A stretch of DNA of 56,149 nt, the filler included, from Sphacelaria rigidula (lineage: Eukaryota), in assembly GCA_964200075.2 (NCBI GenBank). It is 6 parts of 6 records of this genome, joined end to end, with 100 filler letters (N's around TTAATTAATTAA, not from the genome) between each part and the next. Parts side by side here need not be neighbours in the genome. Positions count along the whole stretch, not along the records: positions 28,128 to 37,401 come from CAXNAA020008858.1; positions 37,502 to 46,775 come from CAXNAA020008859.1; positions 46,876 to 56,149 come from CAXNAA020008860.1; 3 more parts are not named here. One strand, given 5' to 3'. Positions within the stretch are counted from its first letter, which is position 1. Each line of letters begins with the position of its first letter. Under the pieces are notes generated by a model that saw only the letters and a program-made list of their open reading frames with translations, made no database searches and was not told the DNA's origin. Position numbers and translations under genes: made by a program. Of this stretch, positions 36,491-47,759 are shown piece after piece.

Positions 36491-39127
36491 GTTCAAGGAC
36501 TAAACGACTCTCAAAACCTGAGGGAGGACGGCTTCCCTGTCCCCCAGCCAGGTATCGATGACCGAGGAAAGACTTTTCACAGGCGGATACAACACAAATG
36601 GAGTGATGCTACGGTAGGGGTGCACAAATATTTTCGAATTGTTAGGAGCCCTTGCTGTCGGCGGTTGATGGCGTGGGTCTCGAATGCAACGACATGCGGT
36701 TTATTGTAGAGCACTCTCGTATCTCCCCCCAATTTGAAATAATCCATGACCTCCTGACATCGGAATAATGATTAATTATGGGAAGCTACTCGTACTGTAC
36801 CAACCTGTTCACGCGACCAGCGTGTGCTCCAGATTCCAACATGGGCGCACTCCTCTGCACCACGCTAGCAACAGTTAAATCACCACCGTAGGTATCTGTT
36901 TCCACTCCGCATGTCAAAAAGGTCTCTACAAGTGTTTGATCTCTCATAGACCCCCCTCAACTGGCGTGCGGCACGCTCTTCTGCTCGGGCGCCCGGTCAG
37001 GGGGAGGTCGGCGAAAATCAACGATGAATAACACCCCCTAAGTTCAACTTGGATATATCTGTTATTGCCGCAGCACCGCCCTCGCTGGCACGTGTGTGAC
37101 AGAAACAGTAGTAGCGGTGACGGGAACATTGCCCTATTTTTCAACTACATGTTTTTCAGCGCACAGAGGCGCGTCTTGTCCAAAAGGAGAGGCGAGAGAG
37201 AAATCGATCTTCGCATTCGTGAGCTCGACAGGCAAGAAGAGACGGAATCTCTCCGCACGTCGATGTTCTGGCACATGCTGGTGTAATAACATCGATGGTG
37301 CTAGTTTCTCGAGCGACTGATAATCGCCGAGCGAGGACTGTGACGGTTCAAGAGACAAACAACTAGACTACTGACCAGTCAGCGCTGACTGGTCAGTAGT
37401 CNNNNNNNNNNNNNNNNNNNNNNNNNNNNNNNNNNNNNNNNNNNNTTAATTAATTAANNNNNNNNNNNNNNNNNNNNNNNNNNNNNNNNNNNNNNNNNNN
37501 NGTTGACCACGCATCCCTTTCGAGACGGAGCACCATGCACTTTTGGGGGGGGGGGGGCTATCGTAGAAAGTGTCATAATCACAGGGATGCCGACGTACTT
37601 CTGTCTTTGCACGGAGTTTCAGCGTTTTTCCAGTTTTTGCAAAAAAAAATCAGGAGTGATTCATCACTTTTCACGAAATCAATTTTGTAGAGAACGACCG
37701 ATGATTGATTGCTGCTATACCACCCCCCCGAAAAGTGCCAAAAAATCACTTTCGCGAAAATGATTTCACCAAGTAAAAAAACACTTCCTGAAATCACGTT
37801 TGCAAAAGTGATTTTGTGACACCTCGAACGGGAACATAAAACATACCCGTTGACAGGGGGATACATGAACCTGAGGATCGTATTGCTCTCTCAGACTAAA
37901 ACACGCCGCTTCTGTCATTGCTGCTCATCAGCTGAGCATGCTGTGCGTGACCTTGCTCAAATCGGTTCAAAATTTCGTGGGAAATGATGTTTTGCGTGAG
38001 ACGCGCGCATAGCACACCCTTAAAAACAGTCAGCAACAGCACATTTTCGGTCGCTATTTGACACGCACGCGGCTGCCTTTCATCCAATACTGGGCGGATT
38101 CCCGTCGAACAAAGGCTGCCGCGTGTAAATGAAGAGCTAGCGCTTTAGCTAATGCGCATGAGTGCTGGATGTCTATCCGTCGGTTTTCGTGGCTCGGTGT
38201 GTCGGCGTTGTGCTACCTCGTTGCATCTTGTCCGCAGCAGTACAGATATTTTGGACTAACGGCTACTTCAATAACCGCCGTATTTTTTACCTGTGCAGGT
38301 CCGGGCTTCGGTCTGGACGAAACTGCTAGTCGATAAGACGCAGCTTTGGTCGTTGTGGGGGGAATCACTTCTCCACAAATGATTTTTCTTAGGTGATAAT
38401 CACTTCCGATAAGACCCCGCCTGACCTCCTGTTTTGTTTTGTTTTGTTTTTCTGTTGCATCCACCGGAAGGTTGTGCGTATTAATGATAAAAATGACGTG
38501 TCAAGATTTCAGCGCCCAACTCACTGAAATATCTACGGCCAGGAAACTTCCAAAAATCAGTCAGCTGGTCCAGCGCACGGACGTGTCAAGTTTTGACCAC
38601 AGCCCATGCCTCCAGGTATTCAACTGTACTGCAGTGCCGAGTGAGCACAAAAGAACGCGACACCAGGTTCTCGCTTGTTGCCCTGACCTCACCTTTCGAT
38701 CACCATGACCCGGCACCACAGTCCTACCCTCACTTGGCCGTCATCGTCCAGCACGCAACAAGAATAACTGCAAGGAGAGACGACACAACCAAGCACACGC
38801 GGAGCAAGCGGGAATAGCTGAAGATCGAAAAAGCGGAGCATCGTACCTTCGCATGTTCGCGTCATATGCTGCCAGGCAAAGCGCGCCTACTTCAGCAGCA
38901 CTTCTCTACGATGACACTAATCTACACATTGTCAACGCAGTCTTGTGCAGCAAATGCTCATGTATCATGCAACCCAACTCAGCCAGTGCATCCTGCACAT
39001 TTATTCCACCTTGCAGCAGGACATTCCTCATGGTATCAAGGAGCCTCTCGCGTCGACAAGGTGTTGACGGATCTTTCGTGCCGACATGAATCATGAACAC
39101 ATTCATCACGTCGCTTTCACCTTTACA

Positions 39128-40000
39128 CTACGAACGACGCTGTGAGCGACGTGCCGTGGGCTTCTGCTCGGCGACAGCGGCCCCCGCCCGTCGTCTAGTC
39201 GATGATGACTGCTTACCGGTCGGAGCGCTCGACGCCTTCGCGACCACGGTCGAACTCGCTTGGCGTTGCACTCGTGTCGACCGTCCGTTTTGTGCGGGAG
39301 CCGCTCGCTCACCTCGCTCGTTCCGCGACGACGCCCGACTCGTTGCACCAGCAGCAGGCGCCGCTACGACTGGTTTGCGGTTCTTCACTCGCTCGGGCCA
39401 CGCTTGGCGTTGCACTCGTGTCGACCGTCCGTTTCGTGCGGGAGCCGCTCGCTCACCTCGCTCGTTCCGCGACGACGTCCGACTCGTTGCACCAGCAGCA
39501 GGCGCCGCTACGACTGGTTTGCGGTTCTTCACTCGCTCGGACCGTCTAGGGCCGGTCGGCACTCCCACAACAGAGACACCTTGCGGTGCCTGCGCAGGGC
39601 CCAACAATGTGGGAGATGGAATCTCACCGCCGGAAGATACATTAGGGTTTTCCTCCGCTGGCTCCGAGCTTGCCGCCGCTACTGCTGCTGCCTGGCGGAC
39701 GCGCTCAGACCGCCTCAGAGCCGGTGGGGCAGAGGCTACAGTCACAGGAGATCCCGCTGGCTGCGAGGTTACCGCGGGGGCGTTTGCGGGGAACAAAGCC
39801 GGACTAGGGGATGGGCCGGCGTTTGGTTGTGCTGATACAGACCCTGCCGAGGATAGGGGAAGCAAGGATAAAGCACCGCCCGCGTCTAGAGGCATGGTGA
39901 CAGGTATCTCCACCTTTCCGCAGAACACAATGGGCAATAAATGCGTCCACATCACCACAAGCCCGAACGAAATCCACAACAACACTTTGTCGAGAGCCAT
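39128..40000 (-). CDS. Low-complexity Ala/Pro/Ser/Arg-rich ORF with a 48-aa internal duplication; coding status uncertain
   Basis: 290-aa ORF; repeated RRSERV/RSTRV motifs; 144-bp in-frame duplication (39257 and 39401). Confidence 0.35.
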   Translation of the reverse strand: MALDKVLLWISFGLVVMWTHLLPIVFCGKVEIPVTMPLDAGGALSLLPLSSAGSVSAQPNAGPSPSPALFPANAPAVTSQPAGSPVTVASAPPALRRSERVRQAAAVAAASSEPAEENPNVSSGGEIPSPTLLGPAQAPQGVSVVGVPTGPRRSERVKNRKPVVAAPAAGATSRTSSRNERGERAAPARNGRSTRVQRQAWPERVKNRKPVVAAPAAGATSRASSRNERGERAAPAQNGRSTRVQRQASSTVVAKASSAPTGKQSSSTRRRAGAAVAEQKPTARRSQRRS

Positions 40001-40230
40001 GAGAAAATCTTCGGCATGCTTGTCTTCGAAGCAACAACCGTAGATGTCTCCAGTAAAAACGCCCCGGTCGAGAGCCAGTATTGCATACCGCTGTTGACGG
40101 GCTTTACCATGTCGCTATAAACAGCCCAACAGAGTTGCTCAGGATAAACAAATTGACCTTGGACTGGACAAGGCAGATTGCAATCCATAGGATGCAAGAA
40201 CACCCGACCTTCGAGGCAGTAAGGGACGAC

Positions 40231-43200
40231 TGTTTGTAGCTTCGTTACCCCGTGAGAGGATGGGGTGCAGACTCGACTCAGATAGTCGATTAATGGATAC
40301 GACTGCGATAGTCGATCAATGGACATGGCTGACTGCCGATCAAGATGAGGTAGAAATGTATATAAAGCTTTGTTGATGAAGAGGGAAGGAAGGGGAGTGG
40401 ACCCAGTAGGGGGCAAGGTATCAAGATGCGACAAGCACCACTCACGTATGTGTCGTCACTAATATCACAATATAAAGTCATCCCGCATTGTACCCGGAAC
40501 TCAAACAGGTATACCACTAGACTGTTATACCTTATCCTGACAAGGTGTATCTTACTGACTACCCCAGGCCATCCTACGGACACCCCCCAATTGACTGGGT
40601 ATCAAAAGTAAGGTTCAAGGATCATACTCAGTGAAGAGAGCTACCCACCAAAAAATAACTCTTCCGCTCGCGGCGCATTCAGCAGGTGTATCCTCTCAAG
40701 AAATGAATTACATCAGCAATCGTAAAACCCCCGGAAATCCCGAAACTCGTCACTTGTTTCAACGACTATAGGACCAGGCAAGAGCCGAATACATCGGTAT
40801 CTTTCTTTTCACACCAAGACGAGAAAACAGGGATGCATGAGCGGTGTGTTCACCACACTGTAGCTCCTGATGGTCAATCCACGCAAAACGCAAGTCAAAT
40901 TCTGCAACTGTACTACACGGGTGGCCACTGGGGTCTGTAACCTCGCCATTTTGGGACCTTATCCACCTTTGGCAAGGTCCGCGGGTTGGGTAGACAGCTG
41001 AAGAGCATTCGCACAGCATGGACAGGATCGAAACAAAACATGTCCCAGTCTATAGGCGGGTGACTCCCCTGTAGACTGGAATATGCTTTGTTTCGAACCT
41101 GTTTATGCTGTGCGAATGCTCGTCAGTTGTCCATCTAATCCGCGGACCTTACCAAATAATGTGGATAAGCTCCCAAAATGGCCAGGTTACAGACCCCAGT
41201 GGCCACCCGTGCAGCCCATGCTCCTTACAATAGCGTGAGTGGTCGTACTTAGCATTCGAGTAGCCTGCACTACGCATGCGAGACCAAGCTCTTAGATAAT
41301 ATCTGAACTCACACAACACAGTGGACAACTTTTGAAACTCGGATCACATGTTCCAAAATCCACTTTACAGTCAGTCAGCTGCTTACAGTACAAGAATAAA
41401 ATTTCAAACTTTTAAATTCAGCAATCCATACTGCAGTGCCTTCGTCATCAAACCAAACTAGACACTCACTACATCTACTTTACCCCTTATTCCCTCTCGG
41501 CGACCGGCGGAACAAAGCAGCTCGACGCCTCCAGACAAAACACACATACTTTTACCACATACCGTACTGTGGTGTCGCGTTACGGCAACCACGAACGCAC
41601 ACCCACATATCATACCCGGATCCAGCAGAATCATCATTTCAACTCTGCACTTCTCGTTCACATACCACACATGGATCAAACGGCAGTTCGGCCGCTAGCA
41701 CCCTGGTTGCATAAAACAGTACACTTGGACTTTGCCGTGCCAACATGTGTAAATCCGTATGGAACTCGCCTGGCCAGTCACGAGCAACGACCACCTCCCA
41801 TATGGGTGATACAATGCACTCTTCTTTTGGCATGCTGTGCACACATGCACCGCATCTCGCACATAACATCAGCTCTATCTATCAGCCATCTAATATTGGT
41901 CACATGCGTTTTGCTGACCTGTAGCACGGGAACTTCACATGTGCCCACAGTCACTCTTCCGAAATTATCATGATCAGGTCAAGCGGCTAGTATTGCGCAA
42001 CTCAGTCCTTGCTCCTACCATAACAACGAAGTCTTATCAACCAATCCAGTCAAGAAACCGATACCTCGCAAATCCTGCACCTCTCGGAATGATAAAAACT
42101 TTTTCACTTAGATGTCGAGTTTCGGAATCCACCTCAAATTTTGTGGTCTCAACAATCATTGATCCGCATACCCCTCTGCGGAACGTTTTACCGACACCAC
42201 CCTCTAGTCTAGTCAGACCATGGTGCCCCATGTGTCTGTACTCACCAAGGCGACGAACAAGGTTCCACCTCGACCGATTGAGTAAGGATGTGGTGCCCCA
42301 CAGTCTTGCGCTCATCGGGATGGCAATAATGTTACACATGAGCGTCGAGTTTCGGCATCCATGTCAAAACATGTCCTCAACACTCTTCACGCACCTCCAT
42401 TCTCTGCCATTTTTCCGACACCGTTCCACAGTCAAGTCAAGTCGCAGTGCCCCACTCTTCTCACAATCACAAAAACGGCTGACGATCTTCTATTCATCAA
42501 TCGAGTCAAACAAGCGCGCAAAGCAAGTGTGCACTCATCGAGACAGAAATATTCGTCAAACATCAACACTGGGTTTCGGTCTCCATATCAAAAATATGGT
42601 CTCAGCATCGTCCAGAGATGTCCAACATCTCGATCCACATCAACCTTTCCTTGGGTACATGAATCATAATCTGCATGATGGCCACGAACACTCAAAACAT
42701 AAGAACATCAGAGGGGGTATTTGAGTCATGCACAAGTTTCATCCCGTCATTTGGAAAGCTTCCCCGTCCGCGTTCACAACATACTGAAGAATCGCTATTA
42801 CTCGGCGGCCCTACTACCATCACCGCATCTTCCTTTTCTCCACTAGTCAATTCCTGAAACGAATATCCTTTTTGTCCGCGCATCTCATCCAATACCGCTC
42901 CGGACAGTCATGCGCGAAGTGTGCTGTTTGCTTCCGGAAAATCCAACACCGCCTTTCCTGCACAGAACCATTTTCACGCCCGTCTGTTTTTGAATCCCCC
43001 ATACTTCCCAAGGTCCCTTGTAAATTCCTTTTTCGACTTCCCTTGCCATATTCACGGGGATCCTGGCCAGTTTCCTGTGTCATACGGAAATATTTCCCGT
43101 CTATCACGTGAGGCGCTTATGAAAACTGCGGCACTGACTTGTGTCAGGGAATCATCATCACGGAACAACGGCCAATTCTCCTCCCTACCGTCAAACTTTT

Positions 43201-44001
43201 CATCAACACAAAAATGACTCTTCACGCCTAGATGAGGGTGGTAAGCTTGGGACTCCTCGTTCATACATACTTGGGCGGATCCATTGCCCGTGGATCCTCG
43301 GAGAGGGCCTGATACAATCCCTACACCGCGTGGTGACCGGACCCTCCCTGTTCCGGCACCGGCGACGGTGTGCCTCCCGTCGCCTGACTCCCCCTCTCCG
43401 CCCACTGCCGCTCCAAGGCCAGTGGACGATGTCCCGCGCACTAATTGGGCATCATCACCCTCAGCTCCGCCAGCTGCTCGGTAATTCCCGTCACCGATCC
43501 TTGCAAGCTAGCGATATTCTCTTTCACCTCCAGCATCTCCGTTGGAGACGATGTGTCTCCCACGACAGCCGGGTGTCTTTCCGCGGTGCTCCAGTCCGCC
43601 ATCGGTCCCTTGGCCACAAAGCTCCCAAGTTGGGTAGAGGGACTCTAGAGTGTTTGTAGCTTCGTGACCCCGTGAGAGGATGGGGTGCAGACTCGACTCA
43701 GATAGTCGATTAATGGACACGATTGCGATAGTCGATCAATGGACACGGCTGACTGCCGATCAAGATGAGGTAGAAATGTATATAAAGCTTTGTTGATGAA
43801 GAGGGAAGGAAGGGGAGTGGACCCAGTAGGGCCGAGGTCTCAAGATGCGACAAGCACCACTCACGTATGTCTCGTCACTAACATCACAATATAAAGTCAT
43901 CCCGCGTTGTACCCGGAACTCAAACAGGTATATCACTGGACTGTTGTACCGTATCCTGACAAGGTGTATCTTACTGACTACCCCAGGCCATCCTACGGAC
44001 A
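40231..44001 (-). mobile_element. Non-autonomous LTR retrotransposon, copy 2 (5' LTR 43651-44001, 3' LTR 40231-40582)
   Basis: TG...CA LTRs; 5-bp TSD ACGAC (40226-40230, 44002-44006); G6 purine tract at 40583-40588; internal region collinear with copy 1, including FDGREENWPLF and CWIFRKQTAHFAHDC. Confidence 0.93.
40916..41211. mobile_element. 296-bp foldback MITE with CAC...GTG termini, inserted in LTR copy 2
   Basis: Almost fully self-complementary (cacgggtggccactggggtctgtaacct / aggttacagaccccagtggccacccgtg). The empty site is visible in copy 1 (catgggctagtacag, near 27025-27040), implying a 2-bp TSD (TA/CA). Confidence 0.9.
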
Positions 44002-44299
44002 ACGACATCCTTGTTGTCTCGGATAGAACGTTGTTTGATCCAAAGACTGAACCAAGTGCCACGCGTCTGCTGAGAGTAACAGCACAAAGGGCAGATGGCT
44101 TTTGGTTGATTGTGACAACGTGTGGCGGTCGAGTGCGCGAGGACACGATACGACGTGTTCTAAAATTTCAGATTTTAAACGTATGAAAACATGTGTAAGC
44201 TTGTCTCTTTTATGTTGTTACTCTTCGCAGCTCAATTTTTGAGCTTTGTGATTGATCAAAACCAAATGTTCAAATTGATGTGACGTTTCGATAGACATA

Positions 44300-44748
44300 A
44301 ACACGGGATTTTAACAATTGGGGATGAATCTTTTATTGGGGATGAGGAACCCGGAGAATAAAAATCTTCGTATCCACACCAAATCTTCGGAATATGATTC
44401 CATTTTTTCACCTACTGATAGCTATTGAAAACTGCTACACGCCATACATATTTTGGGTTCCGACAACCGAAATGTTGGGATCCTAGGTGAAAAAAGCAAT
44501 TTCAGAACCATTTTGGCGTCCGGTCGGACACCCGGAATTCCCCAAAAATGGTTTTCCACCTAGGACCCCACCATCTCGGTTGTCGGAACTCATTTTGTTA
44601 TGGCATGTAGCAGTTTTCAATAATAGCTATCAGTAGGTGAAAAAATGAAACCATATTTTGAAGATTTGGTGTGGATACGAAGATTTTAATTCTCCGGGTT
44701 TCTCATCCCCAATAAAAGATCCATCCTCAATATATAAGATCCCGTGTT
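44300..44748. mobile_element. Foldback element, arms about 200 bp, apparent 4-bp TSD (CATA)
   Basis: CATA|aacacgggat ... atcccgtgtt|CATA; long matching arms (aatcttcgtatccacaccaaatcttc / gaagatttggtgtggatacgaagatt). Flanked by direct repeats of about 140 bp near 44150-44285 and 44770-44913. Confidence 0.82.
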
Positions 44749-44912
44749 CATAGGGTGGGTGGCCATTCACAACGTGTTCTAAAATTTCAAATTTCAAACA
44801 TATGAGGATGCTATGGAGGCTTGTTTATTTCATGTTACCCTTCGTAGCTCATCATGCACTTTTCGAGCTTTGTGATTTATCAAATGGACACAAACGTTCA
44901 AATTGATGTGAC

Positions 44913-45165
44913 GACACTTTCTACGATAGCCCTCCCCCAAAACATGCATGGTTTCGGGAGGCAAAATCTTCACGTAAATAGAAATGNNNNNNNNNNAGCC
45001 GAGAACAACGAGAAGCTGAAAATTCCCACGCTTGGGTTCGTTCTAGCCAATGTCGTCAATATGAGGCGCTTCATACAGCCTAAACCCGAACATCAGGCGT
45101 TGTATGGCCATTTCTTTCGTGACACTTTTAGCTGGTTTGGGGGGGGGGGCTATCGTAGAAAGTTC
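44913..45165. mobile_element. About 250-bp MITE (TIR gacactttctacgatagccc)
   Basis: TIRs at both ends; the interior is the inverse of 45684-45936; another TIR near 37550-37576. Confidence 0.7.
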
Positions 45166-45683
45166 CTAACGTTTCGAGTGACATATTGCGCCCGTACGAC
45201 CGTGAGGCATTACCTTGGCTATCTCAAGATCTCAAGGTAAACATCAAAGGGTATGAATCTAGCAAAGAGTATAACTTTAGCTGCTAGAGTCACACCCTTT
45301 GGTAAACATCTATAACTTCTACAACGTACAGTGTCGAGGACGGCAGTCTGTGCTGTCTGCACTGTACTGTAATGTCGCCAACGGCACTTAACACTCTCGC
45401 TTGTTGTGTACAAGTTGGAATATCCAGTGCGGGTGGCGCCGTGTGTCCAAACACAAAAATAATGAAAGTACTACATACAAGCTGGTCCGGCCTAGACATG
45501 CAGGTTCAAGCTCGCCAAGCAATATTTGACCGACACAGACGAGTTGCGTCGTGATCCGGATATTGTCGTATCATAGTCGTCTCAGTAAGGGGAAGATGCC
45601 CATATATGTGGGCCCAAAAGTGTGAGCCCATTTTTTCTCGTTGATTTAACGTCATGTCTCTTGTAGAAATTCCTATACTGTGG

Positions 45684-45936
45684 TGACACTTTCTATGATA
45701 GCCCCCTCCCCAAAACCCAGTCCAAAACTCCCACGAAAAAAATTGGTCGTACAGCGCCTGGTGTTTAGTTCCCGGCTGGATGAAGCTCCTCATGTGGGCG
45801 ACAAAGGCGAAAACGAACCCAAGCGTGGGAATTCCCAGCTGCTCGTTGTGCTAGCCTTAGTTTACTTCGACTCACGTGTAGATTTTGCCTCCCCATACCA
45901 GCCCCATTTTTGCGGAGGATATCGTAGAAAGTGTCA
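45684..45936. mobile_element. About 250-bp MITE of the same family, opposite orientation
   Basis: gg|tgacactttctatgatag ... atatcgtagaaagtgtca|gg. Confidence 0.75.
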
Positions 45937-47759
45937 GGTCCCCACTGTGATAAGCGCGGTGGCAGGAAAAAAAACTGAGAAAATCGCCCATTACGAAGAA
46001 ATCGCCAAACATGCTGAAATCGCTGTATAATATTACGAGCAGACGTACAATATGCACTAAATCTGGGTTTCGCATCGTCTCAGTTTTTGAGACTTTGGCT
46101 TTGAATTTTGGTACGGAGGATCGCCAGAGTATAGTAAAACGAAGTGATGAAAATCTTGAGCTTTTCTTCACCTCATTATTCTCTTTCCTTTCTTCAGGGG
46201 CGCATGAAGGGAAAATGGACACTGTTTTTGGCTTTATGTCAGTGCTTCAGCACAATTCTCAGAGTTGGGATTTGAAACTTAGCATGGAGAATCGCGAAGG
46301 CTTGCTGAAAGTAGGGGGGAAAGTGGGCCTTCATTACAAAATTTGCCATTTTTTGGAGAGCTAAGATCGACTCTAACGGGAGCCGTTCAAAATTCCTGCC
46401 CTAAACTGCCTTTTTGACCCTTCTCCGTCGTTTTACGCCCGAAAAGAGGGCTAGGCGGATGTTGACGCCTTGGAATGACTTGCTCTACTCGTTGAGGCCG
46501 CTGGAAATTTGAGGACGTGAGTGGACAACAATCAGTTGACGGAGTTTGTTTGACGGAAGTCGATGTGGTGCGAGAGTGCTGACGGTTATGATCCAATCCG
46601 CGAGGCCAAAATAGAAGGCCTGTACCGGAGAGAGAGAAGGGTTGGAATCGCGACGAAAACAGACAAGCACACACACATAGAACATGAGAACCAGACATCA
46701 GTCCCTGGTCTTTCTACGATAGACGCACACCCCCGCCCCCCCACGCCCCCCCCCCCGATCCCCCCACACCCCCCGNNNNNNNNNNNNNNNNNNNNNNNNN
46801 NNNNNNNNNNNNNNNNNNNTTAATTAATTAANNNNNNNNNNNNNNNNNNNNNNNNNNNNNNNNNNNNNNNNNNNNAGAATCGTTAGGAGCCCCTGAACCA
46901 GACAAGATTTCGCGCAAAAAGTGCACCCCTACCGTAGCATTGCTCGAAACGGCGACATTGTTAGACCACTTCTTACGGGACCCTTCGGCAGCGTTCTTCG
47001 CACGAGAAGACGACCGGGCGGGTTAAACTATCCCGAAATGACTTGGCTTGGTATGTGAGAGGATTCCAGCAAACTTCGGCGATTTTGGTGTGTGCAGCTT
47101 GACTGGGTGAAAGAAATAACCATCTTGCACTTAAATACTAATTTTCTCGATCGACGATATGCACGAAAGATTTGCACTTTCATCAATTTGTACCAAAGTG
47201 CACGATTATTATTTTCTTCGCCAAGAAGAGTTAAATTGCACACACCAACATCACCGAAGTGTGCTGGAATCATCTCAGATACTGGAGCCAGTCATTCCGA
47301 TGGGGCATTACCCGCCTGACCGTCTATTCACCCGAAAAGCGGGGTCAAGGGTCAATATATATGCACTTTTGATCGATCTTTATCAAGGTACACGAGTTTT
47401 ATTTCCTTCACGATTATCGTGTGACCACGGCTGGATCCCTAGGAGGTCAGGGATCAGTTACAGCTTGACAATCCATCAAATCAATCAACCAGCCATGCAC
47501 CCAGAGTCAAACTAAACTGCACACAGCAAAAATCGCCAAAGTACGGTGAAATCCTGTCAGATGCTAGAACGAGTCACTCTGGGGTGGCATTATCCGCCTG
47601 GCCGTCTGTTCACGCGAAAAGCGGGATCAAGGGTCAAATTATATGCACGGTTGATCGGGCTGGACCTTTGGCCTCATAGGAAGTGGTACCAGGAAGTGGT
47701 ACCAGGAAAGGGTAGAGCAAAACTAGAGCCAAATGCACAAAGAAAAACAACAAAACAGC

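Noticed and set aside
37366..37401. Perfect 36-bp palindrome
   Set aside because: It also ends exactly at a scaffold end; the same artefact is likely.
41939..42724. 261-aa antisense ORF inside LTR copy 2
   Set aside because: No recognisable domain, and the ORF track shows no equivalent ORF in the homologous region of copy 1.
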